Shown: positions 1 to 10,161, counted from the first letter of the stretch. The stretch: 64,000 nucleotides of DNA from Candidatus Bathyarchaeota archaeon (GCA_005888635.1 VBAW01000016.1:133859-197858); one strand, 5' to 3'. Notes: generated by a model from the letters alone, not told the origin. Program-made: numbers and translations.

Positions 1-113
1 AACTAATGTGGGTCCTAGGCAAAACTCGGTCTCCAGAAAGAATTCGCGAGCTCATGCTGCAAATTGTGGCAGGGGAGACTACGGAAAGGTCGCCGATAAT
101 GGAGGCCGTTTAA
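1..113 (+). CDS. gatD: Glu-tRNA(Gln) amidotransferase subunit GatD, 3' end (partial; gene starts upstream of window)
   Basis: Frame-0 translation of 3..113 gives LMWVLGKTRSPERIRELMLQIVAGETTERSPIMEAV followed by TAA (111-113). This matches the conserved GatD C-terminus (KLMWVLG...) and lies immediately upstream of gatE as in archaeal gatDE operons. Confidence 0.6.
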   Translation, partial: LMWVLGKTRSPERIRELMLQIVAGETTERSPIMEAV

Positions 114-2018
114 TCGCCATTCGACTACTCAGCTATCGGCCTCAGGGTCGGCCTTGAGGTTCACAGGCAACTAGACACCAGCAGGAAGCTGTTCTGTGAG
201 TGTCCAACAATCCTTTCCATCAAGCCCCCGACGCTCACCCTCGACCGTAAACTTCGACCTACTCAAAGCGAACTGGGCCAGATAGACCCGGCGGTCCTCT
301 TCGAATTCCACAAAGGCCGGACGATCAGGTACGAAGCGGACCCGGAAACGACGGATCTAGTCGAGCTAGATGAAGAGCCACCGCACCGGCTCAACGAAGA
401 GGCGATCGATATCGCGCTAACGATCAGTGCCTTGTTCAAAGCCCGTCCAATGGACGAGATTCATGTAATGCGAAAAGTCGTGATTGATGGCTCCAACACT
501 ACAGGATTTCAGCGAACTGCAATAATCTCCATGTCCGGAACACTCAAGGTCGACGAGAAGGACATCCCAATCCAGCAAATCACTCTGGAAGAGGATTCAG
601 GACGAAAGACGGGAGAAAGCAAGAATACAGTAACGTTTCGACTCGATCGTCTCGGAGTCCCACTGATAGAAATCTCAACCGGGGCCGACATCAACCACCC
701 TGACGAAGCAAGCAAGGTCGCCTTTGAAATCGGTAAGATGCTCCGGGCCACAAAGAGCGTGAAACGCGGTCTTGGAAGCATCAGACAAGACCTCAACATA
801 TCGATCAAGAATGGTGCACTCATAGAGATCAAAGGCGTCCAAGAACTCGAGCTAGTCGCCAAAGTTGTAGAATTGGAAGTACAGCGGCAAACGGCCCTAC
901 TACAGATTCGAGACGAGCTGCGAACGCGAAACCTCAAACCCGCACAACTCAACGAAAATTTTGACGACCTGACAGAGCAACTCTCGTTATCACAGTCCAA
1001 GATTATTCAGTCGGCAGTGAAAAATGGTGGAGTCGTTCTCGGCACTCGTCTAGCTGGTTTCAGGGGTCTTCTCAAACGCGAGCTCATCCCAGGAATTAGG
1101 CTTGGGACTGAGATGGCGAAAAGAGCAGCCTTCTGGGGACGGGTAGGAGGAATATTCCATTCAGACGAACTTCCCGGTTACGGCATAACCGAAAACGACG
1201 TAGAGATAATATCGAAGAGACTCGGATGCGGACCTTCAGACGCTTTTGTCCTCGTCGCAGACGCGAAAGAAAACGCTCTCGATGGATTGAAGGCCACTGT
1301 AGAACGAGCCAAAGAAGCACTCGTGGGAGTTCCGGAGGAGACACGTACAGCGAACCCTGACGGGACGACTCAATACATGAGGCCTCGTCCAGGAGCAGCC
1401 CGGATGTACCCTGAGACGGATGTGCCTCCCGTCCAGATCAGCTCCGAAAGAATCCGGCAAATTGCAGACAATTTGCCTAGGATACCTGAGGAGTTGGCGA
1501 AAGAGATTGGGTCAAAATACGAGATCGGTCCAAAACTTGCGATTCAGTTAGTCAACTCGGACTATCTCGGAATCTTCGATGGAATCGTTTCCAGCGCAAA
1601 GGGAGTCGGGGCGAGTTTCGTCGCAACAGTACTGACGGAGTCGCTGCGTTCACTTTCTAGAGATCAGGTCCCAGTCGAGAATCTGAAGGATTCTCATCTG
1701 ATAGAGGTCTTCGATCTGGTTGCAAAGGGAAAGACCGCAAAAGAATCGGTTCTTGAGATTATCAAGTGGTTATCATCTCATCCTGATTCCAGCGCTGAAG
1801 ACGCTCTCGGAGAACTGAAACTTAGAATGCTGACCAACGAGGAGCTAAGGGGAATCATTTCCAAGGCGCTCGAGTCAAATCGCTCCCTGGTCCACGAGAA
1901 CGGGACGAAGGCGATGGGAAAAATGATGAATTTGGTCATGGGAGAGGTCCGGGGACGAGCTGACCCGAAGATGGTAACCGAACTCTTACGGACACAATTG
2001 GAACAATTCAAAGGGTGA
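114..2018 (+). CDS. gatE: Glu-tRNA(Gln) amidotransferase subunit GatE (5' boundary unresolved)
   Basis: Conserved GatE N-terminal motif DYSAIGLRVGLEVHRQLDTSRKLFCECPT starts at about nt 123 in the same frame as the 432..2018 ORF. The full-length GatD-less GatB-like body follows, with the C-terminal helical domain. There is no ATG/GTG/TTG between the gatD stop (111-113) and the motif, so the true start is unclear. Confidence 0.85.
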   Translation, partial: SPFDYSAIGLRVGLEVHRQLDTSRKLFCECPTILSIKPPTLTLDRKLRPTQSELGQIDPAVLFEFHKGRTIRYEADPETTDLVELDEEPPHRLNEEAIDIALTISALFKARPMDEIHVMRKVVIDGSNTTGFQRTAIISMSGTLKVDEKDIPIQQITLEEDSGRKTGESKNTVTFRLDRLGVPLIEISTGADINHPDEASKVAFEIGKMLRATKSVKRGLGSIRQDLNISIKNGALIEIKGVQELELVAKVVELEVQRQTALLQIRDELRTRNLKPAQLNENFDDLTEQLSLSQSKIIQSAVKNGGVVLGTRLAGFRGLLKRELIPGIRLGTEMAKRAAFWGRVGGIFHSDELPGYGITENDVEIISKRLGCGPSDAFVLVADAKENALDGLKATVERAKEALVGVPEETRTANPDGTTQYMRPRPGAARMYPETDVPPVQISSERIRQIADNLPRIPEELAKEIGSKYEIGPKLAIQLVNSDYLGIFDGIVSSAKGVGASFVATVLTESLRSLSRDQVPVENLKDSHLIEVFDLVAKGKTAKESVLEIIKWLSSHPDSSAEDALGELKLRMLTNEELRGIISKALESNRSLVHENGTKAMGKMMNLVMGEVRGRADPKMVTELLRTQLEQFKG

Positions 2019-2500
2019 CATCGTCCATCCGCGAAACCCCAGAAAAATCCTCAACCGTCGAGCTGGACGAACTCGACCGGAAGATTCTCCAAGCCTACTT
2101 AATCGATGCTCGACTATCTTACAGAGAATTGGCCCACAAGCTAGGAGTATCCACAACCACCATTCAGTCCCGGACCAGCAAGCTGGAAAAGTCAGGCATT
2201 ATTCGAGGATACTCAGCAATCTTTGACCATGAGAAAATAGGGTTTCAACTGACAGCGCTCACAGAAGTATCAGTGGCGAAGGGGAAGTTGTTGGAATTGG
2301 AGAAAGAGGTTGCCAAGATGCCGCAAGTGTTGGCCGTTTATGACGTGACGGGTATCACAGACGCGATGGTGATCGCCAAGTTCAAGAGCCGTGAAGAACT
2401 AAGCAAATTCACAAAGGCGCTGTTGGCGATGCCTTTCGTAGAACGAACCAACACCCACATTGTGCTAACGACGGTCAAAGAAGATTTCAGATTAGTGTAG
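2015..2500 (+). CDS. Lrp/AsnC family transcriptional regulator
   Basis: 161 aa. N-terminal HTH (LDELDRKILQAYLIDARLSYRELAHKLGVSTTTIQSR) plus C-terminal RAM/AsnC_trans-like domain. ATGA overlap with the gatE stop. Confidence 0.85.
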   Translation: MTSSIRETPEKSSTVELDELDRKILQAYLIDARLSYRELAHKLGVSTTTIQSRTSKLEKSGIIRGYSAIFDHEKIGFQLTALTEVSVAKGKLLELEKEVAKMPQVLAVYDVTGITDAMVIAKFKSREELSKFTKALLAMPFVERTNTHIVLTTVKEDFRLV

Positions 2501-2615
2501 AATTTCCCAGCGTTATCCAATTCAGTATGCGGTTCCTTCCGGACCAAAAAAGCACGAGGCTTTCTCGACCTAAGTCAAATAATTCGATTAGCTTCCCAGT
2601 ACAGAGAAGGCTATT

Positions 2616-3668
2616 TCAGTGTATGTACTTCTGAGCCATCAGGAGTTCTGCGTTTAGGATCGAGCATCCGGCACCCCCCCGGACGAGGTTGTGTCCCAAT
2701 ACGATGTACTTTATTCCATTAAACGCAGAATCTTTTCGCAATCTGCCAACACTTACTGTCATGCCTTTGCCCTCATCCACGTCGAGTCTTGTCTGAGGTC
2801 TATCTTCCTCCTTTCGAACGATCACGGGATGAGGTGGCGCACTGGGCAGTTTCAACTTCTGCGGCGTCGATTCGAACTCTGACATTGATTTCGCGGCTTC
2901 TTCTGGGGATGTCGGAGTTCTTGTCTTTGCGAAGACGGCTTCTATGTGCCCATGGATTGTTGGCACTCTTTGGCAACTAGCCGATATTGTAACTGTGGCT
3001 GGTTTGGTTGCAGTGCCGAGAATCTTGTTAGTCTCACGTTCTACTTTCTCCTCTTCGTTCCTAATGAACGGGATGACATTCTCGAGAATATCCAGTGATG
3101 CTACTCCTGGATATCCCGCCCCGGAGATGGCTTGCATGGTTGAGACGATGACTGTTTCGAGACCGAATCGGTCGTAGAGCGGCTTCAGGGAGAGACTGAG
3201 GATTGCTGTTGTGAAGTTCGGATTCGTCACTATGAAACCATCCCACTTGGTTCGACGCTTCTGGTCTTCTACGAGTGAGGCGTGCTCAGCATTCACTTCG
3301 GGGTTGAGCAGTGGGACATCATGGTCCATTCTGTGTGATGATGCGTTCGAAAAGACTGGAAATCCTGCCTTAGCAAAGTCTTCCTCGATAGGTCCCGCTA
3401 CTTCTGTTGGAAGTGCGGAGAAGACGATATCGGGGTCAGCTAACGACCGAGGGGTTGCCTCAACAACCTGTAAGTCTCCCAAATCGTCAAGGACGTCTCT
3501 TTGGATCTGGCCGCCCATTGTAGCTGCATAGGGCTTTCCGACACTCCTGTCGCTAGCCGCGACTGCAGATACTTCCGGCCATGGATGGTTAGCTAGGAGC
3601 TGTACGAACTTCTGACCCATCATCCCCGTAGCCCCGAGGACTACGGCTTTCTTCTTCGCTGGCACCAT
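2616..3668 (-). CDS. asd: aspartate-semialdehyde dehydrogenase, archaeal type (catalytic Cys codon reads Phe)
   Basis: 350 aa, collinear with Methanocaldococcus-type ASADH: GATG(M)VGQ Rossmann motif, SASCQRV, GHIE, ISGAGYPG. The active-site NPNC motif reads VTNPNFTTAI; minus-strand codon TTC occupies plus 3214-3216. Confidence 0.85.
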   Translation of the reverse strand: MVPAKKKAVVLGATGMMGQKFVQLLANHPWPEVSAVAASDRSVGKPYAATMGGQIQRDVLDDLGDLQVVEATPRSLADPDIVFSALPTEVAGPIEEDFAKAGFPVFSNASSHRMDHDVPLLNPEVNAEHASLVEDQKRRTKWDGFIVTNPNFTTAILSLSLKPLYDRFGLETVIVSTMQAISGAGYPGVASLDILENVIPFIRNEEEKVERETNKILGTATKPATVTISASCQRVPTIHGHIEAVFAKTRTPTSPEEAAKSMSEFESTPQKLKLPSAPPHPVIVRKEEDRPQTRLDVDEGKGMTVSVGRLRKDSAFNGIKYIVLGHNLVRGGAGCSILNAELLMAQKYIH

Positions 3669-3734
3669 GTCTTCCCTCTGTAGGACTCGTTCTCTTAGTC
3701 TCTAACTCATCTAGATAGCTGAGAGCCACTTAAC

Positions 3735-4028
3735 TTGGTACCTCCTGTCCCGAATATGTCAGTATCGTTTACGAAACCGGCATTAGAGGGTCCAGGATTC
3801 GGCTTAGACCTTTATAGGCTGGGAACGATCATTGAGCAACGATATTGTATGCCTCAACGATCAGAAGAACTGACCCAGTCTTCGTTGGCGGAAATCTTGG
3901 GAAAGATGTCTGAGAAGGGCTATGCCCTAAACTTCGACGTTACCCTAGAGCTCGCAACTCCCACTTTGAAGGTTGGGACGGTGAGAGTTCACGGAAAACT
4001 CGAGTCTGCAGCCCTCAAGAAGAAATAA
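3735..4028 (+). CDS. hypothetical small protein
   Basis: 97-aa ORF in an otherwise empty intergenic slot. No recognisable motif. Confidence 0.3.
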   Translation: MVPPVPNMSVSFTKPALEGPGFGLDLYRLGTIIEQRYCMPQRSEELTQSSLAEILGKMSEKGYALNFDVTLELATPTLKVGTVRVHGKLESAALKKK

Positions 4029-4135
4029 GCTAATTCAACTCGCCCGATTTACTGACTGAAACTCTCACGTTAGCTTAGGACTGCTCCTACTGCCAGGCAT
4101 CAAGTCCCAAATACCTGCGTGTTCATTGTAATCTC

Positions 4136-4750
4136 ATGAGCCAGCCGTGGATGGGTGCCCCCAACCTTCCAGGGATAGGGGGAACATCGACAAGCCGGTA
4201 TGTAGCCTTAGTCGCAGTCCTAACGGCTATCTTCACCGCCTACGGGTACATTTCAAGCATTGAGCTCCGGACCGTGACGAGATCGTTGGATCTCTTCTTT
4301 CTACTTCCCGCATTCTTCGCTATCCTAGTGTCCTTAACGGGCAAGAAATGGGCCGGAACCATTCTCGGGACGGTCATCGGACTGATCTTCCTGGGCACGC
4401 CCAGCGCTGGGAGCAACTTTTCACCCCATATTACCGCCTCAGTCATTGTAAACGGTCTGGTCTTCGACCTCTACCTGCAGCGTTCCGGCGGCAGCCTTCT
4501 AGACCCGTCGAGAAAACACCTTGTCCTCGCCGGTACGTTGGGAAACCTTGCAATGGCTCCTACCGGCTTACTTGTACTCCAGGCCGTCGGGGTCCCATCA
4601 CTTGCCGTGATATGGACAATTGCGCTGATCGGCGATACCCTGGTCGGCGCGGCAGGTGCATTCTTCGGGACAATAATCGTTGAACGAGTGAAGGGTCTGC
4701 AAGCAAGACGGGTCCTTGAGGCTAAATCGGCTGTAAGAGTCAGAGTCTAA
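4136..4750 (+). CDS. hypothetical polytopic membrane protein
   Basis: 204 aa with about 5 hydrophobic helices, Gly/Ala-rich. Confidence 0.5.
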   Translation: MSQPWMGAPNLPGIGGTSTSRYVALVAVLTAIFTAYGYISSIELRTVTRSLDLFFLLPAFFAILVSLTGKKWAGTILGTVIGLIFLGTPSAGSNFSPHITASVIVNGLVFDLYLQRSGGSLLDPSRKHLVLAGTLGNLAMAPTGLLVLQAVGVPSLAVIWTIALIGDTLVGAAGAFFGTIIVERVKGLQARRVLEAKSAVRVRV

Positions 4751-4873
4751 ACATAGAGACCGCTAAAAAATCGGCCCTGCCATCAGGAACCTCTGCCTTA
4801 CTGGTGGAGGTAACGATCCGCCAATATGCGAAAAGAGTGATCAGCGTAGATCGTTCTACGAAGATGACCGCTA

Positions 4874-5314
4874 GTGGCGAATAACGACAAGACGCACAAC
4901 AATGAGTCTCAGAAAGCCAGCCGCAACGCCAAACTAGTATGCTCTCTCCTTTTCGTCATCACTGTTCTTCTTTCAACTTGGATTGCGGTCGCACACTTTC
5001 ATCTCGCTCGTCTCCAAGGATACATTACCAGCATCATCACTCCCAACGGCTCTGTTCTCCGCGTTACACTGATTGCGGCGTTCGGCGGATTCATCTTGTC
5101 AATCCCGATCTTGAGAAGCCTCTCACCCAAGGACAGGACTTCCAACGTCAAGGTCGAACCAATCCCCCAGTATCGCAATCCAAGAGTTCATCCGCTTTTC
5201 ATGACGTCGAGGCCGGCAAGGGATACGAATTTTGTTATTAGGAAAACAAAGAATCGGGGAAGAATCTCGAGAAACCACGCTGGGGAGCGACTTCCACCTA
5301 GCGATCACGCGTAG
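4874..5314 (+). CDS. hypothetical membrane protein
   Basis: 146 aa with two predicted TM helices and a basic C-terminal tail. Confidence 0.35.
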   Translation: MANNDKTHNNESQKASRNAKLVCSLLFVITVLLSTWIAVAHFHLARLQGYITSIITPNGSVLRVTLIAAFGGFILSIPILRSLSPKDRTSNVKVEPIPQYRNPRVHPLFMTSRPARDTNFVIRKTKNRGRISRNHAGERLPPSDHA

Positions 5315-5384
5315 GACGTGCAGTAATTCTTAATGCCCTGAGCTTGCCTACCATAGCAAAGTCTACTGGAAGAGTGTTTGGCGT

Positions 5385-7211
5385 TTGTGTGGAATATTCG
5401 GCTGCGTTCTTCACGAGGGTTCCCAGGCGGCCCCAATTGTCCATTCCGCGCTCAAACGCCTCGAATACAGGGGCTACGATTCAGTGGGCGAAGTAACCGT
5501 CGATAATGACCGATTGACTGTGAAGAAGGATAGCGGACGATTGGAGGAGGTCCACGCAAAATACAATCTTGACGACCTTCCGGGACCAGTTGGCGTCGGA
5601 CACACAAGATGGGCGACCCATGGAAGACCCGTGTACGAAAACTCTCACCCGCTCGTGGATTGCAAGTCGCGGATCGCCGTGGTTCACAATGGAATTATCG
5701 AGAATTATCTAGAAATCAAGAGAGAACTGGAAGGGAAAGGCCACAGGTTCCAGTCGAGAACCGACACCGAAGTCGTCCCGCACTTGGTGGAAGACTATCA
5801 CTCTCACGGGATGAGTCTAGAAGAGGCGTTCCGCAAGACTGTGAACCGTCTTGAAGGAGCTTACGCGATCGTTCTCACTAGTGCAGAACAGCCGAAGACA
5901 ATACTCTGCGCCCGTCAAGAGAGCCCTCTCGTCTTGGGTCTCGGAGACGGTGAATATTACTGCGCCTCAGATTTCGCAGCATTCTTACCGCTCACCCGGA
6001 AGGCGGTGCTTCTTGACGAGGGAGAAATGGCGGTTCTAGATCCCAAGGGGATGAAGATTCTCAAACTGAAGAATGCCGCTCCGGTAAGACGAGAAGCCAT
6101 TACCATCACTTGGGACCCGGAGTCTGCAAAGAAGCAAGGCTTCCGGCATTTTATGCTTAAAGAAATACACGAACAAGCACAAGCCCTGCGTGACGCCCTC
6201 CGAACGGAGCAAGTATACTACGATCAATTCTCCCGCAAGATCATTGAAGCTGACAAAGTCTTCATCGTAGCTTGTGGGACTTCATATCATGCTGGGCTCG
6301 TCGGCAGCATAGCCCTGGCCAAGATAGCAGGGATCAACGCTCGAGCAGTGATTGCCAGCGAGCTCTCTGAGGAAGCTCTGGATCTAGTAACTTCGAAGAC
6401 CGTCATTCTAGCTATCAGCCAGTCTGGTGAGACGATGGACACTCTCAACGCAGTGCGTGACGCAAAGGCAAAGGGCGCGACGATTCTGAGTGTCCTGAAC
6501 GTGTTGGGCTCCACTCTGATGCGGCTGTCCACCGTCTACATTGACCAGAACGCAGGACCAGAGATAGGAGTGGCCTCAACCAAGGCCTTCACCAGCCAGA
6601 TCGCGGTACTTCTTCGACTCGCTGCAACCATTGGCCGGAAGAAGGGCGAAGTGTCTGCGAAAGAGATTAGCGAGCTAGAAAACGCGCTCCACAAAACCCC
6701 CGCTCTCATCCAGAGCATTCTGAACACTAAGATCGAAGATGTCAAGAAAATAGCGCAGGAATGCGACACCGCATCAAGTGTCTGTTTCTTGGGACGGGGA
6801 ATCAATGTCCCGACTGCTCTCGAAGGTCGTCTCAAACTCTTGGAACTCAGCTACGTCCCAGCGATTGCTTATCCGGCTGGTGAGAGCAAACATGGATTCA
6901 TCGCACTCATCGAAGAAGGATTTCCAGTAATCTTCGTCGCACCTAATGACGACACCCACAAACGGATTGTCGGAAACATTATGGAGATGAAGGCTCGTGG
7001 TGCCCGGATCATTTCAATAATTGAGGAAGGAGATGAAGAGGTCAGAAACCTCTCCGATCGGGTCATTGAAATTTCAGAGTCTCTGCCCTCCCTGGTAACT
7101 CCCCTCGTGTATGTGGTACCATTGCAGCTGCTAGCATACTATCTATCCGTGATCAAAGGGCACGACCCTGACTATCCCCGCAATCTGGCCAAGAGCGTCA
7201 CTGTCGAATAG
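5385..7211 (+). CDS. glmS: glutamine--fructose-6-phosphate aminotransferase (isomerising)
   Basis: 608 aa with MCGIFG Ntn-amidotransferase start, two SIS domains and a C-terminal ...VTVE motif. Confidence 0.95.
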   Translation: MCGIFGCVLHEGSQAAPIVHSALKRLEYRGYDSVGEVTVDNDRLTVKKDSGRLEEVHAKYNLDDLPGPVGVGHTRWATHGRPVYENSHPLVDCKSRIAVVHNGIIENYLEIKRELEGKGHRFQSRTDTEVVPHLVEDYHSHGMSLEEAFRKTVNRLEGAYAIVLTSAEQPKTILCARQESPLVLGLGDGEYYCASDFAAFLPLTRKAVLLDEGEMAVLDPKGMKILKLKNAAPVRREAITITWDPESAKKQGFRHFMLKEIHEQAQALRDALRTEQVYYDQFSRKIIEADKVFIVACGTSYHAGLVGSIALAKIAGINARAVIASELSEEALDLVTSKTVILAISQSGETMDTLNAVRDAKAKGATILSVLNVLGSTLMRLSTVYIDQNAGPEIGVASTKAFTSQIAVLLRLAATIGRKKGEVSAKEISELENALHKTPALIQSILNTKIEDVKKIAQECDTASSVCFLGRGINVPTALEGRLKLLELSYVPAIAYPAGESKHGFIALIEEGFPVIFVAPNDDTHKRIVGNIMEMKARGARIISIIEEGDEEVRNLSDRVIEISESLPSLVTPLVYVVPLQLLAYYLSVIKGHDPDYPRNLAKSVTVE

Positions 7212-7222
7212 GACAACTCTCC

Positions 7223-7621
7223 TTGTCCGACAGATCTTCAGTTGAACAGGAATACTTGGAGTCCAAACTGGAAAGGGCGTTAGACGACGCGTGGTCGAAA
7301 GTCAATATCGCTCTCGACGAGACATCCAAGTCTTCGGCTGATCTCGCAATGGGGATCTGGTTCGCCGCAGAAGCTCTGGAGTACAGCAGCCTTCTTTTCA
7401 ATCTGACTTATGGTTTGGAGGATGTGAAACCTACTATCAAGCCTCGAAAAGGCGAGGCTGCTCTAGTCCTCGTTAAGGACTCAATGGAGCTTCTAAAGCG
7501 AGCACGGGAAGGACGCAAGAGGTCTGCCGCGGATGCTTATGTCAACCTTAGAACAGCCGCCGACTTCCTGAAATCCGCTCATTTGGCGCAAGTCAGGAAA
7601 TCTACTAAGAAACGGGAATAG
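7223..7621 (+). CDS. hypothetical protein
   Basis: 132-aa helical, charged ORF between glmS and cofD. Confidence 0.45.
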   Translation: MSDRSSVEQEYLESKLERALDDAWSKVNIALDETSKSSADLAMGIWFAAEALEYSSLLFNLTYGLEDVKPTIKPRKGEAALVLVKDSMELLKRAREGRKRSAADAYVNLRTAADFLKSAHLAQVRKSTKKRE

Positions 7622-7670
7622 CGTTTAACTAGAGGTTTCGTCCGGGCGAAAAGCTCTCGCAGGTCTCTGC

Positions 7671-8612
7671 GTGTTTCGCGCGATCACTTGTCTAGCCGGC
7701 GGCGTGGGGGCCGCTCGCTTCTTAGATGGTCTCGCAAGAGTATTTCCTCCTGAAAAGATAACCGTTATCGTCAACACCGGAGATGATCTCCAATACCTAG
7801 GATGTCACGTCAGCCCCGACCTCGACATCGTGACCTACACTCTCGCGGGAGTCGTGGACAAAGCAAAGGGCTGGGGCATCGAAGGAGACACGTTCGGCTG
7901 TATGGTCCAACTAGGAAAGTACTCTGCTGAGACCTGGTTCAGGATTGGAGACCGAGACTTTGCAACACACCTTCTACGCACAGCATATCTCCAGCAAGGC
8001 TTCAACCTATCCGAGGTTACCGAGAAGATCAGAAACTCTCTCGGAGTCAAAGTGCGAATCCTGCCTATGACGGACCATATGGTAGCGACGAAAATCAAGA
8101 CCCCAAAGGGCATACTCGAGTTCCAGGAATATTTCGTTAAGAGAAAGTTCCAAGACAAGGTGGAGGATGTTACATACGAGGGAGCAGCGCATGCCACGCC
8201 CGCCCCTGGTGTGATCCCCGCGATAGAGAAGACAGATCTTATCATCCTATGCCCGAGCAATCCGATCTTGAGCATAGGGCCGATTCTGGCGATCCCCGAC
8301 ATTCGCAACAGCATCGCGAAAACACATGCGAAGATTGTGGGAATCAGCCCCATCGTGGGCGGAAAAGCAATCAAAGGGCCTCTAGACCAAATGATGGAGA
8401 GCCTCGGTCTGGAGGTCTCCCCCTTTGGGGTCGCGCAGCTCTACAAGGGCTTGATAAGAGGATATGTTATTGACGAAGTGGACCGAACCATTAGCCCCAA
8501 GATCACGAGCCTCGGTATGAGAGTGATCGCGACAAAGACAGTAATGGATTCTGACGAAGCTAGGGCTAAGCTAGCGGAAAACACGTTGAAGTTTGCCGAG
8601 ACGATCTCATGA
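7671..8612 (+). CDS. cofD: 2-phospho-L-lactate transferase (F420 biosynthesis)
   Basis: 313 aa. N-terminal ITCLAGGVGAARFLDGL matches the CofD/YvcK-family glycine-rich motif. LILCPSNPILSIGPIL motif present. Confidence 0.85.
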   Translation: MFRAITCLAGGVGAARFLDGLARVFPPEKITVIVNTGDDLQYLGCHVSPDLDIVTYTLAGVVDKAKGWGIEGDTFGCMVQLGKYSAETWFRIGDRDFATHLLRTAYLQQGFNLSEVTEKIRNSLGVKVRILPMTDHMVATKIKTPKGILEFQEYFVKRKFQDKVEDVTYEGAAHATPAPGVIPAIEKTDLIILCPSNPILSIGPILAIPDIRNSIAKTHAKIVGISPIVGGKAIKGPLDQMMESLGLEVSPFGVAQLYKGLIRGYVIDEVDRTISPKITSLGMRVIATKTVMDSDEARAKLAENTLKFAETIS

Positions 8613-9274
8613 CCGAGAATTGGGCTGTAATCCCGGTAAAGGGCCTCACAGAAAGCAAAACAAGACTTTCAACATCCCTTCAAGTGGATAAGAGGAGGAT
8701 TCTTGTTGAGGCTTTATTGGAGGATGTTCTTTCATCCATAGTTCGATCAAGAGTTTACGGAATTGTCTTGGTGATTTCTCCGGACGAAAACGTTCGAAGT
8801 CGAATTTTGCCTCAAGAGGTCTCTTTTCTCAAGCAAACAGGCGTAGGTCTGAATCGGGCAATAGAACAGGCGAATAGACTGGCGACGCAAAAACATGCGC
8901 GCTCGCTTACGACGGTTCTCGCTGACATCCCATTAGTTGAGCCTGGAGATTTCAAGGAACTACTGAGTGTTGGCACTGCCGTTCCAAGGGTCGTAATGGC
9001 CCCATCGTTGAAAGGGGGTACGAATGTGATGCTGACCTCTCCTCCCGGCACGATTTCCCCTAGTTATGGAAGATGGAGCTACTCCAAACATCTCCGTCTA
9101 GCACAGATGAAGGGGGTCGATGCCTATTCGATATCCAATTGTCGAGTTTCCTTTGACATTGATACAATGTCCGATTTGATGGAACTTAGGCGACTCGATC
9201 CCGAAAGCAAGACGGCGTCCGCAAGAGCCACGAGTATGATGAAAGTGGTTGTGAGCCCGGCAAGAGTTCGCTAG
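8609..9274 (+). CDS. cofC: 2-phospho-L-lactate guanylyltransferase (F420 biosynthesis)
   Basis: 221 aa. AVIPVKGLTESKTRL N-terminus is typical of CofC/MobA-like NTP transferases. ATGA overlap with cofD. Confidence 0.8.
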   Translation: MTENWAVIPVKGLTESKTRLSTSLQVDKRRILVEALLEDVLSSIVRSRVYGIVLVISPDENVRSRILPQEVSFLKQTGVGLNRAIEQANRLATQKHARSLTTVLADIPLVEPGDFKELLSVGTAVPRVVMAPSLKGGTNVMLTSPPGTISPSYGRWSYSKHLRLAQMKGVDAYSISNCRVSFDIDTMSDLMELRRLDPESKTASARATSMMKVVVSPARVR

Positions 9275-9300
9275 AAGGAGAAAAGGCGACTCACTCAATA

Positions 9301-10035
9301 TTGAGTAGTAACGCTTTTATGAGTACGTTCTTTTCCGCTCTCGCCATGGCTTTCTCGCGGACTTCCCTGAGGCCTACCGCCGTCCTAGCCGGTAGTGCGA
9401 CTTTCGGGGCTCTGGCTTCACTCATAACGCTAGCCGCTCCACCAGCATTGCAGCCTCCGTTTCCGATTCTGTTTTACTTGAAGTTCGACGTGGCGGAGGT
9501 CGTTGACCTAAGTTCGTTCATGATTTTTGGTCCTACTGCTGGTTTGCTGACGGCGTTGATTCACGCCACGATACTTGGAACGGTTGCAGGAGGTGCGGGC
9601 AGTGGCCCATTCTTTGGTCCTAGCTTGAAGTTTCTTGGAGTTCTCTCAACTTACATTGGGCTTTTTCTGGCGTCGAGATTTGGAAGACAGAGTCTGGTGA
9701 GAGCTAGTCTTACGATGACAAGCTTAGCCCTCATTACTCGGGTAACACTCATGACCGCAGCGAACTATTTTTACATCGTATTTCTTGCGCAGACGGTCTT
9801 CGGCGTGGACTACACTGGCTTCGCTCAATTTGTGCTGAGCCAATCAGGCATCAACCTCACAGGCTCCGGACTGATTCTCTACATTCTAGGACTGACCGCG
9901 ATATACAACGCCGTTCACGTAGTCTTCTCCGTGGTTGTATCGCTGCTTCTCGTGAACGCCTTGATGAAAAGAGCACCGAACTTGCTTCAATCGAGAGCTT
10001 GGATAACAAGAGTCCTAAATTCGGCATCGGGGTAG
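9301..10035 (+). CDS. hypothetical polytopic membrane protein (possible transporter S-component-like)
   Basis: 244 aa with 6-7 TM helices. Its 3' end overlaps the decayed purA 3' region on the opposite strand. Confidence 0.55.
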   Translation: MSSNAFMSTFFSALAMAFSRTSLRPTAVLAGSATFGALASLITLAAPPALQPPFPILFYLKFDVAEVVDLSSFMIFGPTAGLLTALIHATILGTVAGGAGSGPFFGPSLKFLGVLSTYIGLFLASRFGRQSLVRASLTMTSLALITRVTLMTAANYFYIVFLAQTVFGVDYTGFAQFVLSQSGINLTGSGLILYILGLTAIYNAVHVVFSVVVSLLLVNALMKRAPNLLQSRAWITRVLNSASG

Positions 10036-10161
10036 GCTATCTTATCTTCGCAACCAGAGCGGGCTTCGTCTTCGTGCTCTTCGAGATGGATCTCCGGTCT
10101 ATGAGGTCTGCTTCCCAAGCTCCTGTTCCTATCAAGCTGACTGGAACGCCGGTGTCTTTTT

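Noticed and set aside
2866-2879. GTCGATTCGAACTC resembles a tRNA T-arm (GTTCGAATC)
   Set aside because: It lies inside the asd coding sequence in frame, and there are no flanking acceptor or D-arm complements.
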